This document shows positions 53,050-64,000 of a stretch of 64,000 nucleotides of DNA, in pieces. Source of the DNA: Obrimoposthia wandeli (taxonomy: Eukaryota). The translations under genes and the position numbers were made by a program. How positions within the stretch are numbered: the first letter of the stretch is position 1; each line of letters begins with the position of its first letter. Under the pieces are notes generated by a model that was not told where the DNA came from, searched no databases, and saw only the letters and a program-made list of their open reading frames with translations. The stretch covers positions 62,001-126,000 of the forward strand of contig CDROCS010000890.1 of the NCBI GenBank assembly GCA_977020255.1. The letters run 5' to 3'.

Positions 53050-53814
53050 TGTTATAAATGAATATTTTCCAATAATGTATTGAAGTTTGAATAGTTTCAA
53101 ATAATATATATTCTTCTTTTAGAAATAATTTGTTCTTCTTTTAGAAATATATTCATAAAATAATTTGTGTGATAATGAAAACTGAATGTTATATTTGAAT
53201 AGTTTCAATAGTAATTGAAGTTAGAATAGTTTCAAATAATATATATTCTTCTTTTAGAAATAATTTGTTCTTCTTTTAGAAATATATTCATAAAATAATT
53301 TGTGTGATAATGAAAAAGATCATAAAATAATTTATTAGATCATAAAATAATTTGTTAGATAAGTCTAATAATTTTTGTGTCGATAAGTCTAATCGACGAT
53401 TGCTATAAATAGCAATCGTCCAAATGTCAAATACGATGTCCATTGAGGGAGAGAAAGTTGATGAAGTATCAACACACAATCACATTCACATGTGTAAGGA
53501 AGAAGCTGCAACATTAATAATCCGTGATCTTTACACATAGCCTTCTCTTAACAGTCCACATATTACAATCCTCTACATCGCTGGTCATCTCAACACTGTC
53601 TTATTGCATGGTATGATGGACTATGTTGTGGAGAAAAGGGGGAAATGACAATACAGGAGAGATTTCAGTCAACACACATTCACACTGGATAATTTTGAGA
53701 GGGAAAAACAGTGATTGTACGAAAAAGAATATAGAGATTGTGAGAGAGGAGAGAGGATATACACACCACACACCGACACTAAAGACAGCACCAAAGTTTT
53801 TGTGTGTAGCTTCA
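53050..53814 (-). repeat. 5' LTR (765 bp)
   Basis: Direct repeat of 41095-41859, followed on the minus strand by the PBS. Confidence 0.88.
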
Positions 53815-54616
53815 TGGCCGGATTGTACAGTTGGTCAATGCAGTCACCGCTGGACCAATCAGACACACAGGTCTGGCAAATCGACGATTACTAAAAATAG
53901 CAATCGCCCAAAATTCCATCTTCACTGAATCTCTTGCAGCCAGCAATACTCAGATACGGTGCACCATCGCAGACGTTGTCGGTTATTGCTGGACACACAT
54001 CATTGTCAAAGTTAGGCATGCTGTCGGGGTCTCGCCTGCCATCTCCAAGAGTTGTGCGGGAAGAGGAGGAAAAGAGAGATGACGATGCCCAGGTTGATGG
54101 TGAACATGTAAAGGCAACTGAATAAGCTAAGCTCCAAGACCGCCATGCAGATAGGGTAGACCATGAGGTAGCTGTTGAACAGTGAGATGCCGGACATATC
54201 CGCCACGTAGTAGAAATAGGGTAGTGAAGGATACACAGGGGCGGTTGGGCAGGTGGGAAATTTGTTGTCAGGGAGGCAACTGCTTCCGAGATGGGATGAT
54301 TGAAGGTTGTTGCCTCTCCGGATGATGATGAAGGGAATAGGTCGCTGCTACTGGGCGGTAATATTTTTATGATAAGAATCCCTTTTATCAACCGCTTTTT
54401 TCGCCGCCTTCCTGATGAGCCCGGCAGGGCGAAACGGGCTAACAACCCGTCGGAGGCTGAGATTTGATAAACCTCCCTAATTGTGGGCACTTTAGATAAT
54501 TTTAAAAAATGTCAATTTAAATTGACTGTAATTTAATTAATTAATTTTAATTAAAGACCCAACATGTACATTAAAATCTTTAAAATTAAACTTTTTTAAA
54601 AAATTAATCTTTTAAA

Positions 54617-54776
54617 TCTTAGAGATCAAATGGTTAATGCAACAGTACATGGTTACTTCCTTTCGTGTATTACTCAGCTATATACCGATAATCTTAGAGA
54701 TCAAATGGTTAATGCAACAGTACATGGTTACTTCCTTTCGTGTATTACTCAGCTATATACCGATAATCTTAGAGAT
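54617..54776. repeat. Perfect 75-bp tandem duplication
   Basis: TCTTAGAGAT recurs at 54617, 54692 and 54767 with identical intervening units. Confidence 0.9.
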
Positions 54777-55469
54777 AGCAGACATGTTAAATGGGGTCGG
54801 ACTGTATATAAACAAAAGATTAAACATATATTTTTTTAAAAATGTTCTTTGATAATAATAAAGGCCTGAGGATGTAAGCTCAAAATGGAAACCGGGAAAA
54901 CCAGTTGTAAAGGGAGGAAAGAACGTGATAAAAATAAGAACGGACATGTGCAGAACCTTATAAAATCAGTATGTAATGAACATAAAAGAGCTAATGATTT
55001 AATAAAGAAATAAAACCGAAAAAAAGGTAAACCAAAATCTAAATTTAAAAGGTTAAAATGAATTAAAGTAAAAATAAACCAAAGGGTGGAAGTAAATTAG
55101 ATTCTTGGGTTGTTCATTTCTTAACTAGCTAATTGTATATAATCAATATCATGATTTCTAAAAATATTTTACCATATTTTCATAGACTTGTTAAATCTGC
55201 TCCTCAGAATCGAGTTAAAAAATTAATATTATTTCCACCTATTACTGTTTATATATTAGTTGAAATTATATTAAATATTATAAAAAGTACTATGAAACTT
55301 TGAAAACATGAGCAAAACTTACAAAGAAAAACATAAAAAGCGCTACTTAATATTTCTAATACAGAACGTAAATCAGATAATCGCGAGTAACATTGAAAGA
55401 AAATTGATGACTTTTTAGTGGAATAGAACCATTAATATTTAGGTTATTAGGATATTGTAATGGAAACGA

Positions 55470-56230
55470 ATTGGTAAGTTTCCACAGACCTAGTTGGGTA
55501 CAGCGGTATAGGTAAATTGTCGTCAACATAAAATTAAGTTAAGAAAAAACATTGAAATGGTTGAACAATCAACTAGTCTACAGTCTCAACTAGCCAATGA
55601 TACGAAGTTTTCCAAACCAAGTATACAAAGAGAGTAGTGCAAATGATTGATGGCTAATAGATTAAATGAAAATGATACCTTATGCTAGTATTAATGATGT
55701 ATATAAATACATTGTAACGTGTATGGATGTATTCAGTAGGTTTGCACGCGCTATATCCGTGAAATCAAAATCTGCAAAATATATGGATGAAGTCCTAAGA
55801 TCGATGATTGATGTGGTTCTCTCAAACATTAAAATTGATTCGTGTAAAGAATTTTATAATATAAATATAAGTGGCTTATTTGATAAACTTGAAATTTATC
55901 ATTATTCTGTATTTTAACAATATAAGAGATAAGTGAATATCAAAATGAGTACAACTCTTTTTATTAAAAACTTCAATCAAAATTAAAGTGATGAATTATT
56001 TATAATATCTGATATAGATACGAATGCTCAGTCAATATTGTATGAAATTAGAGATGCGGATAAACATGAGATTTAAGGTAAATTTTATGAGCAAGAACTT
56101 TAAGAAATTGATTAACCTAGTGTATAAAGAATTAAAAAACTTGAAATCTAAAGAAGTAAATCAACAATATTATGTAAAGTGGCATGGTTATACGACACAA
56201 TCATGGATTTCAGCAAGTCAAATAGAATGA
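55470..56230 (+). pseudogene. Maverick/Polinton retroviral-like integrase with C-terminal chromo-like domain
   Basis: WLNNQLVYSL, NDVYKYIVTCMDVFSRFA, IDSCKEFYN, IYHYS, YYVKWHGY...SWI. Multiple stops and frameshifts. Confidence 0.8.
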
Positions 56231-59200
56231 AGTATTTATATATGATTTACTGAGTAATAGTTGTCCAAATACTCAACAGAATTATACCGCATCAAAATTA
56301 ATAATACGTTTTTCACAAATATACTGGCGAAAGTACCCCAGATTAATCGAAAAATTGTTAGTTCTTTAGTAAATTTTAGTCAAAATACGAGACAAATATG
56401 AGTGGGTGTCAGTCAGAATCGAGAGGTACGTGTATCACTGCATTGCATTGTTGTTTGACGAAGCACCTACATCTTACTTAATAAATGAAGTATTTATAAC
56501 AAAGTGGATCATAGCCAATTACTCAGTTTAGGCCATTTAATTTCAAGTGATAAGAAAGTATTTAGAAAAGCACCATCAACAAAGAATATCTTTTTTCATC
56601 GCCATCGCCCTCTTTGTTATTTTAATATATTGTATAATTAAAAGTAACTGTTTTTTCCCATAATTTTAGAACCTTTTCTGAGATTATAAGGATTTGTTTA
56701 GTGACTGTGCCCTTTTCCAAAGCCTTATTGATTACACTTACTTCTCGTCGTTACAACAATACATGCTACTTATGTTAAACATCACATAATGACTGAAGAA
56801 AATATTTCAAGTGTAACACTTCCGATAATTTTGTATAATATCAGTAGATAGACGTGTCCTGTCTAATCCACCTTCTTCGCCAGGGTGAATTACACTAGAC
56901 AAATCATCCTAGTATTATCTTTAAAAATTATATTTTAAGAGATTAAAATCTTTTGAATATCTTTTAACAAATCGAATCTGAAATAAAAAAATCTCTCTCG
57001 AATAGTTTTATATATTTGAAAATACATTTGAATTTTATAATTTGTAATAAAAAATAATTTAATCCCAATAATCAGGAAAATATATATTGTGTATATTCAT
57101 AGTAAGAATTGATTAGATTAATACTTAAAACACGTTAAATAAAGTAATTTAAAAAAAGCTTTGTAGATTAAATTAGTAGAAGGGAATATATAAAATTTTA
57201 CATATAATTTTTGATAAAAGGACTAAATTGAATAAATTCATCTTTGGCGTTTTTTCCTAAAATTTTAAATGCACAGTTACATTACGATCACTCTATATTA
57301 TTATGTTTTATTACACCTAACTCAACTCAATGGTGATAATCGTCAGAGTTGTGAATCACCTATAATAAATTGAAAGAATTGAAGCGATACAGACAGTTAT
57401 TCGTGAAAAAATAGGAAAAGAAGAGTATGCCAACCTCAAGTATTATTATAAGCATATTCAAGAATTTTAATAAGAAGCCTAGATAAAGAAGATATTTTAG
57501 GAGATTGAAGTTTTTTTATAAAATAATCAAAGTTTTACTTTTTCTTTACATTCAATGACTTTTTTACACTCCATTCCATTGCAAAATATTGATGTTTTTG
57601 TTTCATAACGTGATCATACAGATCACAATTAATCCCAAATAAAAACAATATCATTATAAATAATTATATAAATATAATTATCAGAATATACATGTTTTCG
57701 TTTCATAATGTGATCATAAAGATCACAATTAATCATGTACGAAAACATATACAAAATACAGTAGCTGTAATAATACATCAATAGTAGTACATCAATTGAA
57801 TATAGATTTATATGTGTGCATCATCATTCACCTGACTCATATCATCGTTCAGTTGAGTCAGGTGTATTAGAAATAGCAACACTTTAATAAATGTAAAATT
57901 AAAATATGACTTTTTCATTAATAAATTATTTTTCCATATACTTCTCGATATAATTTTTAATACACTAAATTATGTTGAGAAGTATATATATATATAATAT
58001 ATTTTCCATCAACTTTTATTTTCTTGAACAACTTAATTTATGTTTTTAAAATATAGTTTTATGCTTATACACATGTTTTTGCACAAATTCTCAAATATAT
58101 ATTTAATTTTACATTTCCATTAATTAAATACTTTTCTTAAAATTGTTTAATTTTTTGCTAAACATATGCGTTTTCCTGTTAATATAAGATAATAAAACTA
58201 TTATATTAAAAAATTTAGATTTATATTAAAAAAGTGATTCGTATTTTAAAATACTGTAAATAGCATAATAGATTACAGAATTCACTAATAAAAATGAAGG
58301 CGTACCCTTCAAAGTGTTTACATTAACACTATATTGTATGGTCTGTTCTACATACCAGAGTAAAATTGGTGAGAATAATGTCTAATGTAATCAAAAGATT
58401 TACGATCGCATTGTCATTGATCATTACCAGAAACTCCTCCTCTTCTTCTAAGGAAACGTTATCTAATTGGTGTTGGAAAAGAACTCTGATTGAGCCATGG
58501 TCGTTCCTGTTTTGTTCCAAAAGTATTGTCTGAATACCTTTTCAACACAGCGTAGGTGTCAACATTTTAGGTCAGGACGTGAGGACACTCAGTTTGTAAA
58601 ATACGTCAATAGTTCCTCCTTCCGCTCATCTTCTGTAGCTAAGTTTGACTTTTTATGGACACAAGTATAGAAGTACCAAGTAACCAATGGGCTAAATGAT
58701 GTATGACAAAAAAATAATTAGGAGAAACCTTTGCAATGATATCAAGGAACATTTTTACTAGAGCTTGGAAGTTTTTGATTGCTAAGTGTCATCATCTTAC
58801 ATTATTAGAATATAATTTCTTTTTTTCAGATTCAGGATAGTTGTGAGAAGCTTATTTATGTTCTTTGAATTTCAGGGTTTGCTTAGTCTCTCTAAACGTA
58901 TTTACTGCATTTATTTATATAAAAGATTATTAACATTTAAATAAATTAAAGCAATAATCTTTCTACAGATATTCCAAATATTTGAGCTTTTTGTGAGAGA
59001 TTATATTTTTTGATAATATGTAGGATCTTGAAATCAATTCAGGTATTGATCGGTAGTCAATGAATCGTACCCTTCGCAACTCTGTCTAAATTTTTTGTTT
59101 AACTGATTTTTGCATATGCAAAACTGATTGTGAAATTTCACTTATAGAAATATTTGAGGGTTCTTGACGATGCTGAGAGGCTGTATCCAGAGCGGTTCTG

Positions 59201-59817
59201 AGCGATCAAGTCGGGTCCAAATTGTGTGAAGTAGCACTCCTCGGCCAAACTGGAGCCAAGCGGAGCGCAACGAGAAATCCCGGGAGAATAATAAAGCAAT
59301 TACCATCTCATCAGCCGCTTCTTCATAGTCAGCTAAATGAGTCAATTAATCTACCGAAATGATAAACCGGATGATATATATTAAAACATTCCTACACACG
59401 AACTATCTCACAGGTCCAACTTTTCTCCCAAAGCTTCAACAGACCGAACGATAATTACACTCAATTTATATCGCAGATTGGTTTTCAAGCTCTTCTGATT
59501 GTATTTGTAGTTTAACTCAGAATTAAAAATATTCAAATGTCATAAAAATACATGTAAATAGTTGATAATTGTCTGAATATGATAATTAAGTTCAAAGAAG
59601 ATTGCATTATTTATTCAGTGTTATTTACATCCTATATTTCACTTTTTATGTTTATTTTAAAATTTATTTTATTAGAGGAAATTAAACAAGCTTAAATATC
59701 TAACAATTAACTTTTTGATTTAATTTCAGTAAAATTTCATAAAATGCTTTCTCATCATTAATGTAGTTTTTCGTTGAAAAAATACATATTAATTAGGAAC
59801 GTATACTGTATTTTTAT

Positions 59818-59958
59818 TGTTGGAGTTTCTAATTGAAACTCTTAGATCCTCGTATGGAGGCCCCCAACGTGAGTTCTGTAGCGATAGGGCTTACAGGTGT
59901 TTGTGGCCTACCTGTTCTTAGCTTACTTAATTCTAGTCTCAAATCTGAAGGTTTTATG
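59818..59958 (+). mobile_element. 5' fragment of the solo-LTR family, interrupted at 59958
   Basis: TGTTGGAGTTTCTAATTG...CCCCAACGTGAGTTC...AAATCTGAAGGTTTT matches the other copies, then the homology stops abruptly. Confidence 0.75.
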
Positions 59959-60442
59959 AGCAAGTGGATGTGTCCGGTCTAATCCACACCCCCTCCCCCA
60001 CTGTCCTTTAAAACCGTGTATGTGTGTGGAGTGAAATTTTCTACACCCCACCCAACACTCAAAAAAATAATCAACCCCATATAACACCCTTTAAAATTGA
60101 AAATATCATAATGCTCCCAAAAATGTGAGGAAGGTCCTGAAAGGTCGTCTAGTGGGCCAAAGCGTGCCCTCCGGGCCCGCGGTGGTTTGACGAGCAATAC
60201 ATATACAGGGTCACGAAAATTATTTTGCCACAATGGGCGCAAAAAATTGTACGCGGGCGCGAAAAAAAATTCCTTATAAGAATTTATATCCATACATATA
60301 TAAACAGGGTCGCAAAAAACTTCCGTATCAGATTATTGAGGTAAATCTTTATATATTTAAATATTTTTTAAATAAGTGAACTTTATTAAAATTTGTATTA
60401 ATGATTTTTTTTGCAGAAACCCGTCCGGATAATTGAGGGGAC

Positions 60443-61070
60443 TTGGGGAGAAGTTACTCCTTTTTCCAAGAAACGGACAAAGCGAGCAGATCGAGAAAAT
60501 TTAGCACCTCAATTGGCCATTATTCTGAGGCGGTGATTGGACGACAGGAGTTTCTTCCATCTCCAGTGGACGACGGGCCAATTTTATACGAAAGGATCCC
60601 AGTCTCACCGATCGATATTAGTCCACCACCAAGTCAACGACTACTGCAGGAGACATTACCGGCTTCTACTCGTCCCACAACCAGCCAAAACTTGAAGAGG
60701 GCCTGAGATGAAGTTGGATTGGACAAATTCCTGGCGAAACTGGATACACCGGTAGTGCTTCCAGATTCGCGAGGGCAACAGGATGCCGTCTCACGCCAGC
60801 TTCAGCGTGAGAAGGAGGAGAAACAGAAGAAAGCTCCGCGGAAAAAGAAAGCTATTGCTTCTATGTCGGGGCCATCAATCGGCTGCACCTCCTTCAAAAA
60901 GGTTGTGGCAACTATTGTCAAAACCTGAGGGAAGGACAATTGCTACAAAACAACCGGTGAAGCCGAAAAAGAAACCGGGCCGGTCAAAGAAGAAGGAGCC
61001 AGTACCGCTTTCTCCAATAATACTTAGTCGGAGGGATTTCGTTCGGATGATCCCAATGATGACTTCGTAA
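60443..61070 (+). pseudogene. Pro/Ser/Lys-rich orphan ORF broken by TGA stops
   Basis: ORFs 60443..60706 and 60719..60928 share a frame, separated by a TGA. A candidate intron lies upstream at 60341-60416. Confidence 0.4.
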
Positions 61071-61410
61071 AGATGTTTAAGAATATAATTTATAAAAATT
61101 AGTTTCTTGTGTTTTCTTCTTAATATTCTTTTTTTTTTAATTTTTAATTTTGTAATATTAAAATCATATCTTTAAGTTTATTAAATTATCAAGATGAAAA
61201 AAATAGTTAATTTATTCGACTGTGATTGGATTAATAAGTAATCATTTAAATTTTTTTAGGTTTAAATATAAATGCAATGATTAGTTATAGATTTATTAAA
61301 CTTTCATTTGATACATAAAAATAAATCATTTAATTGCCTGTAATTAGATTAAAAATATCTTAAATTTATACATATAGGTTCAAATTTATTAACCTCTTCA
61401 TAATTAAAAA

Positions 61411-61749
61411 ATGGAATTCATTAAATTGCAAAGTTTGGTAACGAAGATAGAAGCAAACATCAGAATAAATGAGAAGAAAGGGGACTTAAGAAAGAGGGAC
61501 CTCAATCAAAATTTGTATGCTGCTGTCGCGACCGAGTGGAATCGCCGGGTGGAGATACAAGATAGGATGCTAGCAGAACGACGTCGGATCGTGAAGTGGA
61601 ATAAGAAGATCGATTTGGAAAAAATGAGGGTGGATGAAAAAAGAAGAGAAGAGATGGAGGATATTCGGCGAGCAGCAAGAAAGAGAATCATCCAGATTAA
61701 ACCGGAAAATAAATTTTTTGATTTTGATTTTTTCTTTGTCCTTTATTGA
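61411..61749 (+). CDS. Basic, charged coiled-coil protein of unknown function
   Basis: 112-aa ATG-initiated ORF, richer in GC than its flanks and rich in R/K/E. Confidence 0.5.
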   Translation: MEFIKLQSLVTKIEANIRINEKKGDLRKRDLNQNLYAAVATEWNRRVEIQDRMLAERRRIVKWNKKIDLEKMRVDEKRREEMEDIRRAARKRIIQIKPENKFFDFDFFFVLY

Positions 61750-61833
61750 TTATATATAGTGTTACATAATTGTCTAAATATTTTACATAAGCATACTAAA
61801 TATAAACAATTTTATATATAATGTTTTTGTAAA

Positions 61834-62055
61834 ATGGATAATAAAAATTGGAATAAATTATACATAAAATTATCTCCAGATTTAATGGAAGATTATAAAA
61901 ATATTACTTTTCAGAAAATGATACTGAGGAAATTGTTGGAGATAAATTATGTAATTTAATTTCTAAATATTTAGGTATGTTTACATTTAATATAATTTAT
62001 TTTAATATTCATAGGAGAATTGACAATATATACCAATCTTAACATGAAAGACTGA
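61834..62055 (+). pseudogene. Small two-exon orphan gene (40-nt intron 61975-62014)
   Basis: ATG at 61834; G|GTATGT...TTCATAG|GA joins KYLG-ELTIY. One frameshift in exon 1. Confidence 0.3.
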
Positions 62056-62078
62056 ATACTTTGTTATTTTAATACATT

Positions 62079-62690
62079 TTGTATGTCCGAAGAGTTAAAA
62101 CCGAGCAATCAGTTTTAATGGCACATAATATAGGAATGGAAAAAAACAATACTTGTTATCCTATTAAAGAAACTAAACTTTTATCCTATTCTTTAGGTAC
62201 CGGTACACAAGCTTTTAATAAGGATCAAATTTTTGGTGATGTAAGATTACCGAAATTCATTTTAATTTCTTTTCAAAAAACTGCAAAGTTTCTAGGAAAT
62301 TATACGACAGATGCAACTCAATTTGACAATCTTAATGTAGGTTCAGTGACACTTTCAAGAAATACTGATTATCGTGAAACAAATAAAACAGATTTCGAAG
62401 ATAACGCTTCTGCTTTGACTTATACACAATATATTATTCGGAATTTGGGTCAACTAGATAAAAATATAAACAATGGTATTTCTTTCACTGAGTTTAAAAG
62501 CAGCTGTCCGTTCTTCACATTTGTTTTAGCACCAGACTTTGATATAAACCAATGCCAACTACCAAAGGATGGAAATGTACGACTAGAAATTAAGTTCAAT
62601 GCAGCTTTAACACATCCTATTACGATGTTTATTTACGGAGTGTTTGATTCGGAAATACAAATCAATAAAAACAGAACTGTCATATTATAG
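62079..62690 (+). pseudogene. Maverick major capsid protein, C-terminal ~200 aa only
   Basis: LYVRRVK...AH...CYPI, RLPKFILISF, FFTFVLAPD, GNVRLEIKFNAAL...IYGVFDSEIQINKNR are typical of the Polinton double jelly-roll capsid C-terminus. Confidence 0.8.
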
Positions 62691-62691
62691 A

Positions 62692-63061
62692 ATGAAGTAA
62701 AACATTTTTTAAATTTATATTTATTAATTTTTATTTAGTTCAGTACAAGTACAAGAATCAGCAGAGAAGGTCCTGGGTGATAAATTCAATGGAGTTTATC
62801 CAATTGATATGATCCCATTTTTTCAATCTGGAGGTTACATTATCAATACTCATACTTCGAATTTACCGGGAGAACATTGGATAGCTATTTATGTTAGAGA
62901 GTGGACAATACATGTATTTGATCCACTTGCAATTTATTATCCACACAAACTTGTTTCAACCATTCAGAAAGGAATTTTACAACAAGATACAATATCAGGA
63001 TCCTGCGACGAGAAACTGTGGACATTTATGTATTTTATGGTTATCGTTGCAAAACGATTAG
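62692..63061 (+). pseudogene. Adenain-like cysteine protease of Maverick; 42-nt intron 62697-62738 and one frameshift
   Basis: Spliced N-terminus MNSVQV...FNGVYPIDMIP, IINT...PGEHW, VFDPL, then YQDPATRNCGHLC in a shifted frame. Confidence 0.8.
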
Positions 63062-63129
63062 TGTGTTATAAAAATATATATTTTTAATGTTTTATTTTGA
63101 ATTATTTTTTTAAAATCCCTAAAGATTAT

Positions 63130-64000
63130 AAGGTAAAATAATAAAAGACATAAGATGAAATTCCATAAGCCAGGCTAGCATTCTTTTCTACCCAAAAGCG
63201 CTTGTCGTCATTACTACTCAAGCGATTTTGGTTGATTTATGGGAATACAGTTGATGGGCTCTTGAAATAAATCTAGTTTGCTCAACGCTTTCAATACATT
63301 CAGTATCATAAACATCCCGGTAGGCCTCATGTGTAAGATTGTTTCTTCCCACACCCTTTGCTTTCATTGAACATGTATTATTAGATGCATGTAAACTGTA
63401 GCATTTAGGGCGTATGAAAATACAATCATCATACGAAACCTCACCCACGTTTTCATCCTTAAATTTCCCGATAATATCCTTTAAACTCATAGAGTGTAGA
63501 GGATGGTTAGCGGGATATTTATGGGTATCTAGTAAGGTGTCCCTAAACATTGCTGGTAATAATTGATTATTTAAACTAACATTCCTACATTCTAAAAAGA
63601 AAGAGTCAGTGTCCTCAGCTGCGATTTTGATCTCACAATTGAATTCTCGTCGATATTTCTCTAATTCTATGTATTGAAGCTCGTACATTCCGAGTTTAGA
63701 AATGTCTAAAACCGTTTGACCTATATAACTCGGTCGATCGAGACAAATACTCTGTTTTCCTAATAACACTGCTACCAAGTCATCTGCAATTGTAAAACTA
63801 CGCTTGAAGTTGTACTTGCTAGTATATGTTATTAGTTTACGCTAATCATTGTAAAACCGTAGACAAATACGTTTCCGCAAGTCCTCTACAGTCTTTCCAA
63901 AGAGGTTATTACTTTTTAACTTGTAAAATTCCCGATCGAATTTGCTAGTGGCCAAATTACGTTTTCTAGAATTCTTCTCAATATAGTCTTTAAACACAAA
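63130..64000 (-). pseudogene. Protein-primed family B DNA polymerase (pPolB), C-terminal part
   Basis: FYKLKSNNLFGKTVEDLRKR (motif B), EDTDS (cf. YxDTDS), IGKFKDE, RPKCYS, KAKGV, DDKR. One stop near 63845 and a frameshift near 63220. Confidence 0.88.

Larger units (their letters stand above)
41095..53814 (-). mobile_element. Ty3/gypsy LTR retroelement with gag-env-pol order and accessory genes (defective copy)
   Basis: Two 765-bp direct repeats, a PBS, and gypsy domain order PR-RT-RH-IN. Env-like ORF lies upstream of PR; accessory ORFs lie downstream. Confidence 0.92.
59959..64000. mobile_element. Maverick/Polinton (adintovirus-like) element, internally deleted, running off the window
   Basis: Putative terminus at 59959 with a GC-rich subterminal region, then capsid, protease and pPolB remnants. 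Confidence 0.8.

Noticed and set aside
54630-54852. ORFs with a 25-aa repeat
   Set aside because: Produced by the 75-bp tandem duplication.
58329-59345. Short acidic/hydrophobic minus-strand ORFs (58329, 59142)
   Set aside because: Could be transposon or host exon scraps, but no diagnostic motif supports a call.

Overview
This is AT-rich eukaryotic DNA, most likely from an invertebrate animal, made up almost entirely of mobile-element sequence. I found no rRNA, tRNA or CRISPR array and no securely identifiable host gene. The centrepiece is a 12.7-kb Ty3/gypsy LTR retroelement on the minus strand (41095-53814; 765-bp near-identical LTRs plus a primer-binding site) with an unusual gene order: a Gag remnant with a CCHC knuckle, then a signal peptide and class III (herpes gB/chuvirus G-like) envelope glycoprotein, then a transmembrane segment fused in frame to PR-RT-RNaseH-IN. 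A second signal-peptide/FN3-like membrane protein follows the integrase, and downstream lie two accessory ORFs, one an intact DEDDh (REX4/ISG20-like) exonuclease. Other elements: a 4.1-kb non-coding foldback element with a 230-nt imperfect terminal palindrome (18365-22452); five solo or truncated LTRs of one family with 4-bp target-site duplications (TSDs) and copy-specific internal minisatellites; and Maverick/Polinton remnants (ATPase, integrase, terminus, major capsid, protease with a 42-nt intron, pPolB). There are also a hAT transposase pseudogene, two hAT MITEs, and mariner, Tc1-like, Helitron-like and RLE-type LINE relics. All family assignments come from motif recognition by eye; no database search was run.
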